Shown: positions 1-10,738, counted from the stretch's first letter. The stretch is 64,000 nucleotides of DNA from Candidatus Shapirobacteria bacterium (GCA_043817235.1 JBDRHA010000006.1:78401-142400); one strand, 5' to 3'. Program-made: numbers and translations. The notes: generated by a model from the letters alone, not told the origin.

Positions 1-11
1 CTTATTATCTT

Positions 12-845
12 TTGGGAATTATTTTGGGGATTATTGGCAGTGCTTTCCAAATTTCCCTAACCGCCAGCTCAATTTTTACGATTCTTATTTCCCTGGTGAT
101 GGTTTTTTTGGCCTTGCAAATGCTGGGAATAGAGGCTTTGCAAAAAATTCAAATAACTCTTCCCAGGGCCTTAACCAGATTTGCGGCCGACGAAAAAAAC
201 TTTAAAGCAAGGGGAATGCCTTTTTTAATGGGAGCTTTAACCTTTTTTCTGCCTTGTGGTTTTACGATTACGGCTCAAGGATTGGCTTTAGCTTCAGGTA
301 GCCCCTGGCAATCAGGGCTAATTATGTTATTTTTCGCGTTAGGCACCCTTCCGGCTCTTGTCTTAATAGGTTTTTCTAGTGTCAAATTTAGCCAAAAACC
401 CCAACTTGCTGACCAGTTTTTAAAAATTGCGGGCATTTTGGTCTTATTTTTTGCCCTTTATAATATTAATGCTCAACTTAACATTTTAGGCCTAAGGAGT
501 TTTAGCGATTTAACTCTTGGTTCTAAAAACACCTCTTCTTCCGACGGATCTCCTTTGCTGACTGATAGCAAGCAAGTCTTAAAAATGGATGCTTTTGCCT
601 CTGGCTATAAACCTGATTATTTTAAAGTTAAGGCGGGTGTTCCAGTGCGTTGGGAAATTACTGATAAAGGAACCGGCGGTTGTACTAATGCTATTGTCTC
701 TCGAGGCCTATTTGCCGGAGAGATTAGGCTAACCCCAGGAACAACAAGTATCAAGGAGTTTACGCCAAAGGAGCCGGGAAAATACAAATTTAGCTGTTGG
801 ATGGGCATGATCTCGGGCACTATTGAGGTGGTGGGCCAAAGATGA
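12..845 (+). CDS. Polytopic membrane protein (TauE/SafE/CcdA-like helices with a Cys in TM, 'FFLPCGFT') fused to a C-terminal cupredoxin-like beta domain. Likely copper-handling partner of copA. The N-terminus may run off the window.
   Basis: Hydrophobic N-terminal two thirds. C-terminal '[16 protein letters not shown]' cupredoxin-like motif. The gene abuts copA with an overlapping stop/start. Confidence 0.5.
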   Translation: MGIILGIIGSAFQISLTASSIFTILISLVMVFLALQMLGIEALQKIQITLPRALTRFAADEKNFKARGMPFLMGALTFFLPCGFTITAQGLALASGSPWQSGLIMLFFALGTLPALVLIGFSSVKFSQKPQLADQFLKIAGILVLFFALYNINAQLNILGLRSFSDLTLGSKNTSSSDGSPLLTDSKQVLKMDAFASGYKPDYFKVKAGVPVRWEITDKGTGGCTNAIVSRGLFAGEIRLTPGTTSIKEFTPKEPGKYKFSCWMGMISGTIEVVGQR

Positions 846-3025
846 GGAAAAAAGAAATTCTGCGAATTTCCGGGATGACTTGCGCTTCTTGTGTCGCTTC
901 AATTGAGAAGGAGTTAAAAAAACAGCCCGCCATTTTAAAAGCCAGTCTTAACTTGGCCAGTGAAAAGCTAGTGGTGGAGTTTAGTAGTAAGAAAATAAGT
1001 TTAGCTAAGATTAAGCAGATTATTAAGGATCTTGGTTATAAAATAGAAGATACCCTAGAAAACGATTCTGATCAAGTTTTAGAAAATTACAAAAAGCGGT
1101 TTCTATTTTCTTTACTTTTAGGCTTGCCTCTTTTTTACTTGGCTATGGGCCCGTTGGCTGGCCTTCCTGTTCCCCAAATTCCTTTGCCCATCAATGCTTT
1201 AATTCAGTTATTGGCAACTAGCGCGATTATTCTGGTCAATCTTCGAATTTATTCTTCTGGTTTAAAAAAATTAGTTCAAAAAAGTCCTAATATGGATTCT
1301 TTAGTGACTTTAGGCACTTTATCAGCCTATTTTTACTCGGTGATTATTATTGGGCCATTTTTATTTTCGAGCGTCGGCGAGAAAACAAGGTTCTTGAGCG
1401 AAGCGAAAGGTTCTTATTTTGAAAGTGCTGCCTTTATTCTGGTTTTTATTTCTTTGGGAAAGTATTTAGAAGCTTTAACTAAAGGCAAAACTAGCCAAGC
1501 AATTAAAAAGCTAATTAATCTTGCTCCAAAAACAGCAATCCTTCTTAAAGGCAGAAGAGAGCTAGTTGTTCCTGTTGACCAAATTAAGGTGGGGGATTTG
1601 GTTTTAATTAAACCAGGAGAAAAAATACCGGTTGACGGGGTTGTTGTTTCCGGTTATTCCGGAGTAGACGAGCAAGCGATTACCGGGGAAAGCGTGCCAG
1701 TGGAAAAGAAAAAAGGAGACAAGGTTATTGGGGCGACAGTTAACCAAACTGGCACCTTAGTGGTAAAAACGACAAAAGTAGGAGCAGAAACAATGCTTGC
1801 CCAGATTATCAAAGTAGTAGAAGAGGCGGTTTCTTCTAAGGCTCCGGTTCAGCTATTGGCGGATAAAGTGGCTGCTTATTTTGTACCTGCCGTAATGATC
1901 ATTGCTTTTGTTTCAGCTGGGGTTTGGCTTTTGCTAGGCTATTCTTTTGCTTTTTCTTTAACTACTTTCTTGTCTGTTTTAATTATTGCTTGCCCGTGTG
2001 CTTTGGGTTTGGCAACACCTACAGCGGTAATGATGGGAACGGGCTTGGCGGCTCAGAGTGGGATATTGATTAAAAGCAATAAAGCCCTGGAAATGGCCAA
2101 GAAAATTGATTTAGTAGTTTTTGACAAAACCGGAACCCTAACCGAGGGCAAAGTTTTGGTTACTGAAGTTTTGGGAGATAGTCAAAGTAGAGTTTTGCAG
2201 CTGGCCGCTTCGCTGGAAAATAAATCTGAGCATCCTTTGGCTCAGGCTATTGTTAATAAGGCTAAAGAAAAAGGAATAAAACTTTTAAGAGTGAATAGCT
2301 TTCGAGCTTTTCCCGGCCGGGGAGTAACAGGGGTAGTAAAAGGAGAAAAAGTATTTGTAGGCAGCCCTGGATGGTTAAAAAGCAAATTGGGCAAGAACTT
2401 GGAGAAGCAAGGAAAAACAGTAGTAGTAGTTTCAATTGGCAAAAAGCCAATTGGAGCGATTGGTCTGGCTGATACTTTAAGGCCAGATTCAAAACAAGTG
2501 GTAGCAGAGCTTAAAAAAAGAGGGAAGAAAGTTGCCTTGCTTACAGGGGACAATCGCTGGGTCGCCCAAAATATTGCTAGAATATTGGGAATTGGTCAGT
2601 TCTCTTTTGAAATATTACCCCACCAAAAGGCGCTGGAGATTAAAAAATGGCAGGAAAAGGGAATGGTTGTGGCGATGGTAGGGGATGGGATTAATGACGC
2701 CCCGGCCTTGGCCCAGGCGGATCTAGGGATTGCCTTAGGATCAGGGACAGATATTGCCTTGGAAACCGGGGAAATAGTTTTAATTAAAGATGATCTTAAA
2801 AAAGTTATTGAGGCTATTGATTTGAGTCGATATACTTTAAAGAAAATAAAACAAAACCTGTTTTGGGCCTTTTTTTACAATATTATCGGTATTCCGCTAG
2901 CGGCTGGGTTATTTTATCCTTTAACTGGCTGGCTCCTGAACCCAGCTTTGGCAGCTGCAGCAATGGCTTTTTCCTCAGTCAGTGTGGTTTCCAACTCGCT
3001 TCTGATGAAAAGGTTTAAGGCTTGA
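842..3025 (+). CDS. copA: Copper-translocating P-type ATPase (P1B-type)
   Basis: N-terminal HMA motif [11 protein letters not shown] motif in TM6, DKTGTLT phosphorylation site, GDGINDAP hinge. Confidence 0.9.
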   Translation: MRKKEILRISGMTCASCVASIEKELKKQPAILKASLNLASEKLVVEFSSKKISLAKIKQIIKDLGYKIEDTLENDSDQVLENYKKRFLFSLLLGLPLFYLAMGPLAGLPVPQIPLPINALIQLLATSAIILVNLRIYSSGLKKLVQKSPNMDSLVTLGTLSAYFYSVIIIGPFLFSSVGEKTRFLSEAKGSYFESAAFILVFISLGKYLEALTKGKTSQAIKKLINLAPKTAILLKGRRELVVPVDQIKVGDLVLIKPGEKIPVDGVVVSGYSGVDEQAITGESVPVEKKKGDKVIGATVNQTGTLVVKTTKVGAETMLAQIIKVVEEAVSSKAPVQLLADKVAAYFVPAVMIIAFVSAGVWLLLGYSFAFSLTTFLSVLIIACPCALGLATPTAVMMGTGLAAQSGILIKSNKALEMAKKIDLVVFDKTGTLTEGKVLVTEVLGDSQSRVLQLAASLENKSEHPLAQAIVNKAKEKGIKLLRVNSFRAFPGRGVTGVVKGEKVFVGSPGWLKSKLGKNLEKQGKTVVVVSIGKKPIGAIGLADTLRPDSKQVVAELKKRGKKVALLTGDNRWVAQNIARILGIGQFSFEILPHQKALEIKKWQEKGMVVAMVGDGINDAPALAQADLGIALGSGTDIALETGEIVLIKDDLKKVIEAIDLSRYTLKKIKQNLFWAFFYNIIGIPLAAGLFYPLTGWLLNPALAAAAMAFSSVSVVSNSLLMKRFKA

Positions 3026-3029
3026 TTAG

Positions 3030-3641
3030 CTAGGTGAGTTCTTCAAATTTGTTATAAAAATCAATCACTGTTTTTTTGGCTTTTTTAGCATCCAGCATTT
3101 TTATTGCATTTACAGTTTCTTGGGCTGTTTCTAACGAAAGCCCTATCCCGGTCGTAAAAGCAATCGAGTCTTTGTCTTCCGGCTTTCTTGCAAAGTAGTT
3201 TTTTAGCAGCTGATGCCATCTTTTTATATCGCAGCTTTTTATCCCTAAATCAAGCTCTGGTTTGTATACTTTATTAAAGCAGCTTATTATTTTTGGCCAA
3301 TTATTTATTTTGTTATACAAAATCCTGTCTTCAAACACTTTTAACGCCCTAACAAAAACCCCTGTTTTTGGAAAAAGTGAACAATAACTATTTTTTTCCA
3401 TAAATTGTTGTCTTGTTTTATCTACGAGCGAGTGAAACAACAGTCCCGCATTAAAAGAATCCTTTTCTAAAAGATCTACTAAAGATATATTTCTGCAATG
3501 AGTTTTATCTCTTTCTATTACTCCTAGATATCTAATATCAGGCAGGCTCGTTCCCACATAAAAAGCCCTTTTTTCTTTATCCGAAAAATACTTTCTATAA
3601 AGTTCGTTTGCTAAAACTATATGAGTAATCGGTGCTGCCAT
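3030..3641 (-). CDS. Hypothetical protein with weak phospholipase-C / metal-hydrolase-like N-terminal His motifs
   Basis: 203-aa ORF. The 'ITHIVLANELY...PDIRYL...THC' pattern is only weakly suggestive. Confidence 0.45.
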   Translation of the reverse strand: MAAPITHIVLANELYRKYFSDKEKRAFYVGTSLPDIRYLGVIERDKTHCRNISLVDLLEKDSFNAGLLFHSLVDKTRQQFMEKNSYCSLFPKTGVFVRALKVFEDRILYNKINNWPKIISCFNKVYKPELDLGIKSCDIKRWHQLLKNYFARKPEDKDSIAFTTGIGLSLETAQETVNAIKMLDAKKAKKTVIDFYNKFEELT

Positions 3642-3664
3642 AATTGCTGTATTTTACCTAAGGG

Positions 3665-4765
3665 CTAGTTACTTTTTTGGAAATTTGGATTAGGCTTAAT
3701 TGAAGGAATAGCGCCGTCAACCGATTTCCATCCGGTCTGGCTAAGCTGGAGATTGTGCGCCTTATTTTTGATGTGATCCACGTATACCAAAATGGATAGG
3801 CGAGGAGTAAGAATGCCTTCTCTATCGCGGTCAAACTCTATCTCTTTAGAGACTAAGGCAGCAATATAATCATCAGCAATTTTTAAATCCTGGCTTAAAA
3901 TCCTTTTTAGGGATATATCTAGAGTCTCTCCGGGGCGAATTTTGTCCATAAATAAAAGAGCGCCACCTTCGCCTGTGTAGTTATAAAACTCACCTATTGC
4001 CGGCTTAAATTCAAAAATAAATGGCTTGAGAAAAACCTTTCTATTTTGATGATTGATGTCAAAAAAACTTTTATTGATTATTTTGACAGACTTGTTGTAA
4101 TACTCGTAAAAATCAGCCGGTATTAACTCTTTATCAGCCTTGGCTGAGAAAAGATTGATACTGTTCGCAACGGGGTAGCTTAATTCTGATAATTTAAGTT
4201 CGGGAATTTCTTTGTTATAGATATATTCCAAAAGATAGGGATTGATGATGTGAATCGTACCCTGAGGATCAGCGGCATAATAAACATTGTTTATTTGTAG
4301 GTAAAAAACAGGTAAAAGAGAATATTTTCTTAAAATTTCAAAGGTTTTTATATTGATTGAGCCGAATTCCAAGCTGACAAAGTTGTTGTCTCTGGGCAAG
4401 AAACTTTTAAGTTGTAGACTAAAGATGCGATAAAAGTCTTTTTGCTCGAATAAGTAAAAACGCAATCTGCTAAAAGTAGCATAATCTTCGCAGCCAATAG
4501 TCAACTTAAGACAGAACGAAAAATCTTTAAAATTGTCTGGAATATTATTAGCAGATAGATATTCAAGCTGAGATTGATAATTTGCATGGCCGGATAAGGT
4601 AACCTTAGTTGGCGAATCTTGGATTGTTTCTATGCCTGCAAAAGAGCCTTTAAGGTTATAAATAAAATCGGAAAAGTCTTTCGCCCCATCATCGCTTTTT
4701 TCCCTAATAATATAGAAGATTAATTCGTGATTATTATTCATTTGGGGAAATTGTATCATAAACAA
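3665..4765 (-). CDS. Hypothetical protein, very AT-rich and N/K/I/Y-rich
   Basis: 366-aa uninterrupted ORF. No recognisable motif. Confidence 0.45.
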   Translation of the reverse strand: MFMIQFPQMNNNHELIFYIIREKSDDGAKDFSDFIYNLKGSFAGIETIQDSPTKVTLSGHANYQSQLEYLSANNIPDNFKDFSFCLKLTIGCEDYATFSRLRFYLFEQKDFYRIFSLQLKSFLPRDNNFVSLEFGSINIKTFEILRKYSLLPVFYLQINNVYYAADPQGTIHIINPYLLEYIYNKEIPELKLSELSYPVANSINLFSAKADKELIPADFYEYYNKSVKIINKSFFDINHQNRKVFLKPFIFEFKPAIGEFYNYTGEGGALLFMDKIRPGETLDISLKRILSQDLKIADDYIAALVSKEIEFDRDREGILTPRLSILVYVDHIKNKAHNLQLSQTGWKSVDGAIPSIKPNPNFQKSN

Positions 4766-4846
4766 GTTCCTAACGTTATCTTGGTTTGAAAGATTATTTT
4801 AACGCGGTCTTGGGCGCTTTAGAGATAAAGGGTATAAAATAGGTTC

Positions 4847-5308
4847 ATGTTTGAGGAAACGGAGTCGAAATGCAGTATTTCTGGTAGCTTTGATAAATTT
4901 AAAGATTTGATTGATCTGACCAGAGAAGAATTTGAAGGCTTGGGCGTAGTTGTTCTTGCGCCAGGCAAGGGCTGGCTAGCTCTTCCTAGACGCGGAGTTT
5001 TGCCTCCGGCGAAAATCGGTTTTCGACCTTTACCTAGCGAAATAGGAATGAGTATTAAGGAAATAGAAGATGAGTTTTTAAGAAGCGTTAGCGCTTCAGA
5101 TTTTTTGTATGTAGTAAACCCTGATGGATATATTGGAACAACTGTCAGTTTAGAAGTAGGATATGCTGTGGGTAAAGGTGTACCAGTTTATGCGCTTTGC
5201 CCAGTTGATTCAGGTCTAGATCCGGATCCTTTTTGGCAAGAGAGGCTGAAAGAAATAAGGGTGATGTCTCCGAGTCAGGCGGCTGAAGATGTTAAAGGAT
5301 TAAAATAG
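4847..5308 (+). CDS. Hypothetical protein with a nucleoside 2-deoxyribosyltransferase-like (Rossmann/SLOG-type) motif
   Basis: 'GYIGTTVSLEVGYAVGKGVPVYAL' resembles the GxxGTxxExGyAxxxGKPV signature of the Nuc_deoxyrib_tr / DUF4406 fold. Confidence 0.4.
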   Translation: MFEETESKCSISGSFDKFKDLIDLTREEFEGLGVVVLAPGKGWLALPRRGVLPPAKIGFRPLPSEIGMSIKEIEDEFLRSVSASDFLYVVNPDGYIGTTVSLEVGYAVGKGVPVYALCPVDSGLDPDPFWQERLKEIRVMSPSQAAEDVKGLK

Positions 5309-5313
5309 CGACT

Positions 5314-5784
5314 ATGTTTACTGCGGAATATGATTTTTTGCGAACCAGGCTTGAGGATTTGAATTTCCACTCTTCAAGGATAATGTTTTGGGTGGTGGAG
5401 GGGGAAATAGTTATCGCTCCGCCTGGAACTTCTTTATCTCATCTGGAGATGGCAGAAACAGGAGGATGGATTAACGAAGTTGAAACTGAAAACTTTTTTA
5501 AAAGGAATATGAGGGGGTTTTTCTTAAGAACTGAAGAAGAAGGAAGAATTCATTTTTATAGGGGACTGGGTTTTGGTTTTGACGAGGGAATGATAGTTGA
5601 GGCAAAAAAAATGCTTCCTGTTTTTGTGCAGAAATTAGGACTTTCTTCTGATACCAAAGTATACTTCGGCCCCAAAGATTCTTTGATAAATGGGGTTGAA
5701 TATCCGATTCAATATGGGGGAACCGTTGAGGAGGTGTTAAGAGAAGAGCAAGCCGGTACTAGTTCTGCCGCCCCCAATGAATAA
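5314..5784 (+). CDS. Hypothetical protein
   Basis: 156-aa ORF tightly following the previous gene. Confidence 0.4.
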   Translation: MFTAEYDFLRTRLEDLNFHSSRIMFWVVEGEIVIAPPGTSLSHLEMAETGGWINEVETENFFKRNMRGFFLRTEEEGRIHFYRGLGFGFDEGMIVEAKKMLPVFVQKLGLSSDTKVYFGPKDSLINGVEYPIQYGGTVEEVLREEQAGTSSAAPNE

Positions 5785-5925
5785 AAACAAAAAAGGTCGG
5801 CTTAAGCTTAGGGAAGGGAACATTGAGCAAGAGCTTATCGACAGAAGGAGAGCTTTTTTCCCAAGGCTCTAGAGCCATTTGACATCGGGAGCAAATCATA
5901 CTATAAATAAACTAGGAAAAAACAA

Positions 5926-7059
5926 ATGTTCGTTAGCAAAAAATTGGTAATTTATTTTAGCGATGATGAGTTAAGGGCAGGCTGGGTGGTTTTGGGCAAA
6001 GAGCCAAGACTGGAAGGGGTTTTGGTTTATGATCGGGAAAAAGCAAAACTAGAAAAAATTTTAGAAAGAGTTAAAGAAGATTTTAAATACGAGAAAGCCT
6101 GGGTCGTTTTTTCCGACAGCTTAAGCTATATTTTGCGCTTTGATGTCCCCGAGGGCGAAAAGCGCTTGAAAAAATACGTCAAAGAAAAGATTAGCGAGGG
6201 CATTCCGGAGATTTTGGAAAGCGAGTACTGGGATTTTCAAGAAGTAGCCAATGATCAGGGGGCAAGAAAGATTGAGGTTTTCGCTCCGGTAAAGGAAGCT
6301 TTGGATCAATTTAAGAAAGCGGCCAAAAAAACAGATTTGGAAATTATGACTGTTGAGCCGGAGCTGCTTTCTAAAAGCCGCAATAGTGAGCCGATGATTG
6401 GCATTATTATGAAAGAGGAAGAAAAAGTGGAAGAGAAAGAAGAAGAAGTTGACGAAGAAGGTTCAAAAGTTGTTATAATGGAAGAACAAGCTTGGGAAAG
6501 CCAGGAAGAAGATGAAATTAAGCCGAGCATCGAAGAAGATAATAAAGTTAATGCCAAACCGGAGGTGATTGAAAAAATGGATAGTTTACCTGAAAAAAAG
6601 AGAAAGTTTCCGATTTTTCTAATTATTATTATTTTGTTGGCAGGCAGCGCCGGGGTGGTTTTATTTAGCAGGGTAATGACCAATAAGGGGAATACTCAGC
6701 TTGCACCCGCACCTACGCCCGCCCCTGATATTATTGAGGAGCCTACTCCTACGCTTGAACCGCAGCTAGATCGGGCGGATTTGACTATTCAGGTTTTAAA
6801 TGGCACCGGCGAGCCGGGGGTGGCAGGGGAAGGCAAAGATTATCTTGAAGGCTTGGGTTACGAGGATGTGGCCGCAGGAAATGCAGATTCTTATAACTAT
6901 AAAGAAACAGGGATTGCTCTAAAAGAGGAAGCGCAAGAATATTTTGATCTTCTTTCTAAAGATCTGGCAGGCATGTATAGTGTAAGCTCAGAGTCGTCAA
7001 CGCTTTCGGAAAGCTCAGATTATGACGTAGTAGTTACATTAGGCTTGACAACTGAGTAA
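5926..7059 (+). CDS. Membrane protein with a C-terminal LytR_C (LytR/CpsA/Psr C-terminal) domain. The N-terminal cytoplasmic domain is followed by an acidic low-complexity linker and one TM helix.
   Basis: C-terminal 'DLTIQVLNGTGEPGVAGEGKDYLEGLGY...VVVTLG' is a typical LytR_C signature. Glu-rich linker 6410-6560. TM 'FPIFLIIIILLAGSAGVVLF'. Confidence 0.6.
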   Translation: MFVSKKLVIYFSDDELRAGWVVLGKEPRLEGVLVYDREKAKLEKILERVKEDFKYEKAWVVFSDSLSYILRFDVPEGEKRLKKYVKEKISEGIPEILESEYWDFQEVANDQGARKIEVFAPVKEALDQFKKAAKKTDLEIMTVEPELLSKSRNSEPMIGIIMKEEEKVEEKEEEVDEEGSKVVIMEEQAWESQEEDEIKPSIEEDNKVNAKPEVIEKMDSLPEKKRKFPIFLIIIILLAGSAGVVLFSRVMTNKGNTQLAPAPTPAPDIIEEPTPTLEPQLDRADLTIQVLNGTGEPGVAGEGKDYLEGLGYEDVAAGNADSYNYKETGIALKEEAQEYFDLLSKDLAGMYSVSSESSTLSESSDYDVVVTLGLTTE

Positions 7060-7201
7060 AGAACGCATATACTTCCATTGTTATAGGTTTTTAGAGGAAA
7101 GTTGGGAAAGATTAACTTCAGGGGTTGTCATTTTTTGGCCTCCAGTAAGACTCTTTCGAAAGAACTTTTTCAAAGTAAATAAAGAGGGGGTGAGATAATT
7201 T

Positions 7202-7570
7202 ATGGCACCAATTAAACTGTATGTTGGCAATTTGCCTTGGTCAGCTACTTCTGATGAGCTCGGACAAAAATTTTCCGAAGCCGGTCAGGTAGTTTCGGCC
7301 CAAGTCATTACCGACCGTTATTCCGGTCGCTCCCGCGGCTTTGGCTTCGTGGAAATGGAATCCCAAGAAGCGGCAGATAAAGCTATTGAGATGTTCAATG
7401 GCAAAGACTTTAACGGACGGGAAATTACCGTTAATATCGCTAAACCTCGTGAAGATAGTGATCGAGGTGGAAACGATCGCGGTGGACGGGATGAGCGAAT
7501 GGCTTCGGAACCAGAACCGGCTCAAGCAGAGCCTGCTTCCGAGGAAATCGAGATTCAGCCCGAAGAATAA
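7202..7570 (+). CDS. RRM-domain RNA-binding protein
   Basis: RNP-2 'LYVGNL' and RNP-1 'RGFGFVEM' motifs. Gly/Arg-rich acidic tail. Confidence 0.85.
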   Translation: MAPIKLYVGNLPWSATSDELGQKFSEAGQVVSAQVITDRYSGRSRGFGFVEMESQEAADKAIEMFNGKDFNGREITVNIAKPREDSDRGGNDRGGRDERMASEPEPAQAEPASEEIEIQPEE

Positions 7571-7590
7571 AGCTAATTTATTCTTAATAG

Positions 7591-7636
7591 AAAACCCCCC
7601 TTGCGTTCCGCTGGTGCGGGACTTCGGGGGGTTTTT
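7591..7636. terminator. Bidirectional rho-independent terminator between the RRM gene (+) and tRNA-Thr (-)
   Basis: A-run, then a CCCCCC...GGGGGG stem with an internal GTTCCGC/GCGGGAC helix, then a T-run. Confidence 0.55.
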
Positions 7637-7640
7637 GATG

Positions 7641-7713
7641 AGCCCAGAAGCGGGCTTGAACCGCTGGCCTTTCCCTTACCAAGGGAGTGCTCTACCAACT
7701 GAGCTACCTGGGC
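7641..7713 (-). tRNA. tRNA-Thr (anticodon GGT)
   Basis: Folded by hand into a cloverleaf. Acceptor GCCCAGG/TCTGGGC (one G-U pair), D arm GCTC/GAGC, anticodon loop TTGGTAA, T arm AGCGG-TTCAAGC-CCGCT. 73 nt. Confidence 0.8.
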
Positions 7714-7759
7714 AAAAAGTAATTAATTTTATCATTTTTATCATAATAGTTTCTTGTTT

Positions 7760-7966
7760 ATTGGTAATCGCGCGTTATTGCGATCCGCCATCTTGGCGGA
7801 TGGTTAGCAGAACCATCGGGATTTCTTGCAATGACATGTTTCCGGTCATCCCGAGTGCATCCGAGGGATCTTTGGTATTAAGAAATCCCTTTTTTAATTA
7901 CAAAAGATCTTTCGACTTCGCCCCGCGAGTCGCGGGGCTTCGCTCAAGATGACCATTCAATGACAT
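7760..7966. repeat. Cluster of hairpin-rich dispersed repeat units ('caatgacat', 'gtcatcccgag..ccgagggatc', 'cgacttcgccccgcgagtcgcggggcttcgctc..gatgac')
   Basis: The same units recur at 13.3, 17.7, 27.3, 29.2, 34.7 and 57.7 kb, always intergenic. Confidence 0.7.
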
Positions 7967-7971
7967 TTAGT

Positions 7972-8709
7972 TTAAGCCTTATCGTTAAGATATTTTTTTG
8001 CTTTTTCGTAGCTGATACGCAAATATGAAGAAATGTTTTGCAAAAACTCCTGGCGGATTTTTTGGCGGTAGGCAGAACTTTTTAAGGAAACTGTCTTTTG
8101 AAAAACTTCCCAGACCTCTTTAAGATAATTTGCGGCCCAGTCTTCCTCTTTTTCGGTTTTAATAAAGTGAAATTTTTTGTTCAGTAACAGGGGAACAATA
8201 ATTATTCTTTTGTTTTTAAAGTGATCATTAAGAATGACCTCCAGGCCATAATTGGTGGCCTCTATTTTTTTTAAAGCAGGAATAACGCTTCTTTTTTTTA
8301 AGCACCGCTGGCCGGAAAACCGCCATAAAAAATAATTAGAAGCATTATACTGGCTGTTGATGCCAATAGTCATATCAGACAAGTTACTCACCACGGGATT
8401 GATTAAGGAAAATAAGTGATGTTTTTTCAGATTAATAAGGTCTGCATCTAAAAAAAGCAAATAAGGGTATTGGGCTGCTTTCACTCCCTGTGCCACTGCA
8501 TATCCTTTGCCCCGATTTTGCTTTAAATCAATTACTGTAATTTTGCTTTTTAACTTTTCCAGTTTTTTTAAAGTTTCGTCAGCTGATCCGTCGTTAACAA
8601 CGATTACTTCAGTAATTTCCGGGCAGCTCAAAGCTGACTTAACCACTCCAGCTACAGTTTTTTCTTCATCATAAGCGGGAATAATACAGCTGACTTTTGT
8701 CTTGTTCAT
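7972..8709 (-). CDS. Glycosyltransferase family 2
   Basis: 'CIIPAYDEE', 'VVNDGSADETL' and 'LDADL' (DxD) GT-A fold motifs. Confidence 0.8.
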   Translation of the reverse strand: MNKTKVSCIIPAYDEEKTVAGVVKSALSCPEITEVIVVNDGSADETLKKLEKLKSKITVIDLKQNRGKGYAVAQGVKAAQYPYLLFLDADLINLKKHHLFSLINPVVSNLSDMTIGINSQYNASNYFLWRFSGQRCLKKRSVIPALKKIEATNYGLEVILNDHFKNKRIIIVPLLLNKKFHFIKTEKEEDWAANYLKEVWEVFQKTVSLKSSAYRQKIRQEFLQNISSYLRISYEKAKKYLNDKA

Positions 8710-8757
8710 TACATAAGGTTTTTTGCCTTGGGCTGATTATCTTAAAGCGCGATTGGT

Positions 8758-9783
8758 TTGTCAAGGGAAGTAAGTATAAAAAAGTGGATAAAAGTAACTA
8801 AATATGATATAAACAAGCTAATGTTAGAAAGATATGGTATTTTTCCGGCTGAAGTCAAGAGAGATTTTTCCCGAGAAGTAATTTTGGAGACTGGTCAGAC
8901 AGCCATGCTTCAAAGACTGGCCTTCGAAGATTTTGGGGGCCAAGTGCCGGTTTTAACGACTGGGAGGCTGGAAAACGCTTCTTCTATTGCCATGCTTTTG
9001 CCAGGATCAGTGCCGACAATGGAGCTGGAGCACAAAGCAGCCACTTATTATTCTCTTGTTGCAGAACAACTAGCCGATGCGGGAGTGACTAGTGTGCTTT
9101 TAGCTAACTGGTCTGGCTGGCCGCGCGACTATGGCCCATATATCAATTCCTTTTCTGCTTTTAGCTGTAAACCTCAGTCCGTAGGTGAGAAAATTGATTT
9201 AATTAGCTGTCTCCGGCAATGGATAAGAAAACAAACTGATCCAGACACGCCTCTTTTAATGGTTGGCCATTCCAGCGGCGGAGGTGCGCTTTTAAGAGTT
9301 TCCGATAAACTATTAAGAGGTGATTCTTGTTTGAAAATTATCGCTGATGCTCCAACAGCAATTGGAGCAGATTCCAGAATAACTAGAACTTTTGGCAAAT
9401 TAGCTAAAGCTGGGGGAGTGGGGGCGGCAATCCGCCTTACCCGGAATTTGCCTGAAAGCTGGCAGGAGAGGATGATGACTCAATACGGCTTAACTGTTTC
9501 TCAGGCTAGAGCCGATCAATGGATAGGGCTTAATGCCCAGTTTAGCCCGCACCAAGTGGCAAATAGAGAAGTGCAAGAAGAGCATGAGTATTTAAGAACA
9601 ATGGGCCCAGTTCGTTTTTTAAGCAGAGAGGTAAGAATTTTGATAGGAGAGAACGATCCCTTGGTTGCTAAAAGTAAACTTAAGGAGATAGCGGGCGTCG
9701 AACCAGAAGTTTTAAAGAATGGCAATCATTTTACGGCTCGCACTGATCCGGATCAGTATGCTCGAGTTTTATTAAGAAGCTGA
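8758..9783 (+). CDS. Alpha/beta-hydrolase-fold protein (putative esterase/lipase)
   Basis: Nucleophile elbow 'GHSSG' (GxSxG). Confidence 0.5.
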   Translation: MSREVSIKKWIKVTKYDINKLMLERYGIFPAEVKRDFSREVILETGQTAMLQRLAFEDFGGQVPVLTTGRLENASSIAMLLPGSVPTMELEHKAATYYSLVAEQLADAGVTSVLLANWSGWPRDYGPYINSFSAFSCKPQSVGEKIDLISCLRQWIRKQTDPDTPLLMVGHSSGGGALLRVSDKLLRGDSCLKIIADAPTAIGADSRITRTFGKLAKAGGVGAAIRLTRNLPESWQERMMTQYGLTVSQARADQWIGLNAQFSPHQVANREVQEEHEYLRTMGPVRFLSREVRILIGENDPLVAKSKLKEIAGVEPEVLKNGNHFTARTDPDQYARVLLRS

Positions 9784-9784
9784 T

Positions 9785-9842
9785 TTTCTCAAAACATCGG
9801 AATTATACAGGAAAACAGGGGAGATGTGTAGTTATGGGATTA
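9785..9842. repeat. Direct repeat copy 1 (about 55 bp, 'ttttc..aaa..acggaattatacaggaaaa.ag.g.agatgtgtagttat.ggatt')
   Basis: About 88% identical to 11376-11434. Each copy abuts the stop codon of a minus-strand gene. Confidence 0.7.
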
Positions 9843-10628
9843 AATAGTCTGATCAGGGAGCATAAATTCTTTTTCGTCTACCTTTATGTTTAATACGGTC
9901 GCTTTGTAGCTTAATTCAGTATTCATATTGCCATAATATGGCGTGTTTGCAGATAATATAATAGACATTTCCAGAGGGATAGCAGTTTGTTTGTCTAAAC
10001 AAAAAGTTATTTCTGCCTTATCCGGTTCTGTTTTGTAAACTTCCCTATAATATCTTAGGTTTTCCGAAAGACTACTTTCCACCATTATTACATCTGCTTC
10101 AAAAAGACGGCACTTTCTGTTAATAATTTCTTTTTCTCCCAGATATGAAAGATTTTCGTTGGTTAAATGGTTGAAGACCAGGCTTAATCTATCTTCAGGT
10201 ATTACATTTTCATTATTCGATAATGGATCTTTAGTTAGGGAATGTGGTTGACAAGTTAATGGGCCTATTGGATGGGCTCCGGTATTATCACTTATAAATA
10301 CTGGAGTAATACAGGAAAAGCTGCCTTCTGGTATTTCATAATATAGCTGAGTTGAGCCATCTTGAATAACATTGTCCTTCAGATGTTTCGTGATGGTTTT
10401 TGTTTTGCCATTTGAGCGAAAAACATCTAAAAGTTTAATTTCAGGGATTTCAGTGGGTTTGGAGCTATAAGCGACTTCATAATTTATTTCATATTCAACC
10501 GCTTGCTTATTAAGAGTACTTTGTAGAACGAATCGAGGCATTCGAACATAATTTATTATCCCAGCGACGGAAATTACAGCGAAAGAAAAAACAGCTATTT
10601 TAAGCATTAAGAAAAAATGTTTTCTCAT
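9840..10628 (-). CDS. Secreted/anchored hypothetical protein
   Basis: N-terminal signal-anchor 'MRKHFFLMLKIAVFSFAVISVAGII'. 262 aa. Confidence 0.5.
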   Translation of the reverse strand: MRKHFFLMLKIAVFSFAVISVAGIINYVRMPRFVLQSTLNKQAVEYEINYEVAYSSKPTEIPEIKLLDVFRSNGKTKTITKHLKDNVIQDGSTQLYYEIPEGSFSCITPVFISDNTGAHPIGPLTCQPHSLTKDPLSNNENVIPEDRLSLVFNHLTNENLSYLGEKEIINRKCRLFEADVIMVESSLSENLRYYREVYKTEPDKAEITFCLDKQTAIPLEMSIILSANTPYYGNMNTELSYKATVLNIKVDEKEFMLPDQTI

Positions 10629-10738
10629 CTAGACTATATTATCAATAAATAGCGAAATATTCAAAATATAAAAGCACCTGGGGCGGGTCGGAAAGCGGCA
10701 AGCCGCGTTTGTTTCCCACCTTCCAGGTGCTCGTCTTC

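Noticed and set aside
2242-2553. Two minus-strand ORFs inside copA
   Set aside because: They lie antisense to a well-supported P-type ATPase gene.
6306-6683. 125-aa minus-strand ORF rich in Ser/Leu
   Set aside because: It lies antisense to the GAA-rich acidic linker of the LytR_C gene. It is a codon-repeat artefact.
7341-7952. 203-aa plus-strand ORF
   Set aside because: It spans the RRM-gene terminator, tRNA-Thr (minus strand) and the dispersed repeat cluster. It has a low-complexity translation and no Shine-Dalgarno, so it is an artefact of the repeat sequence.
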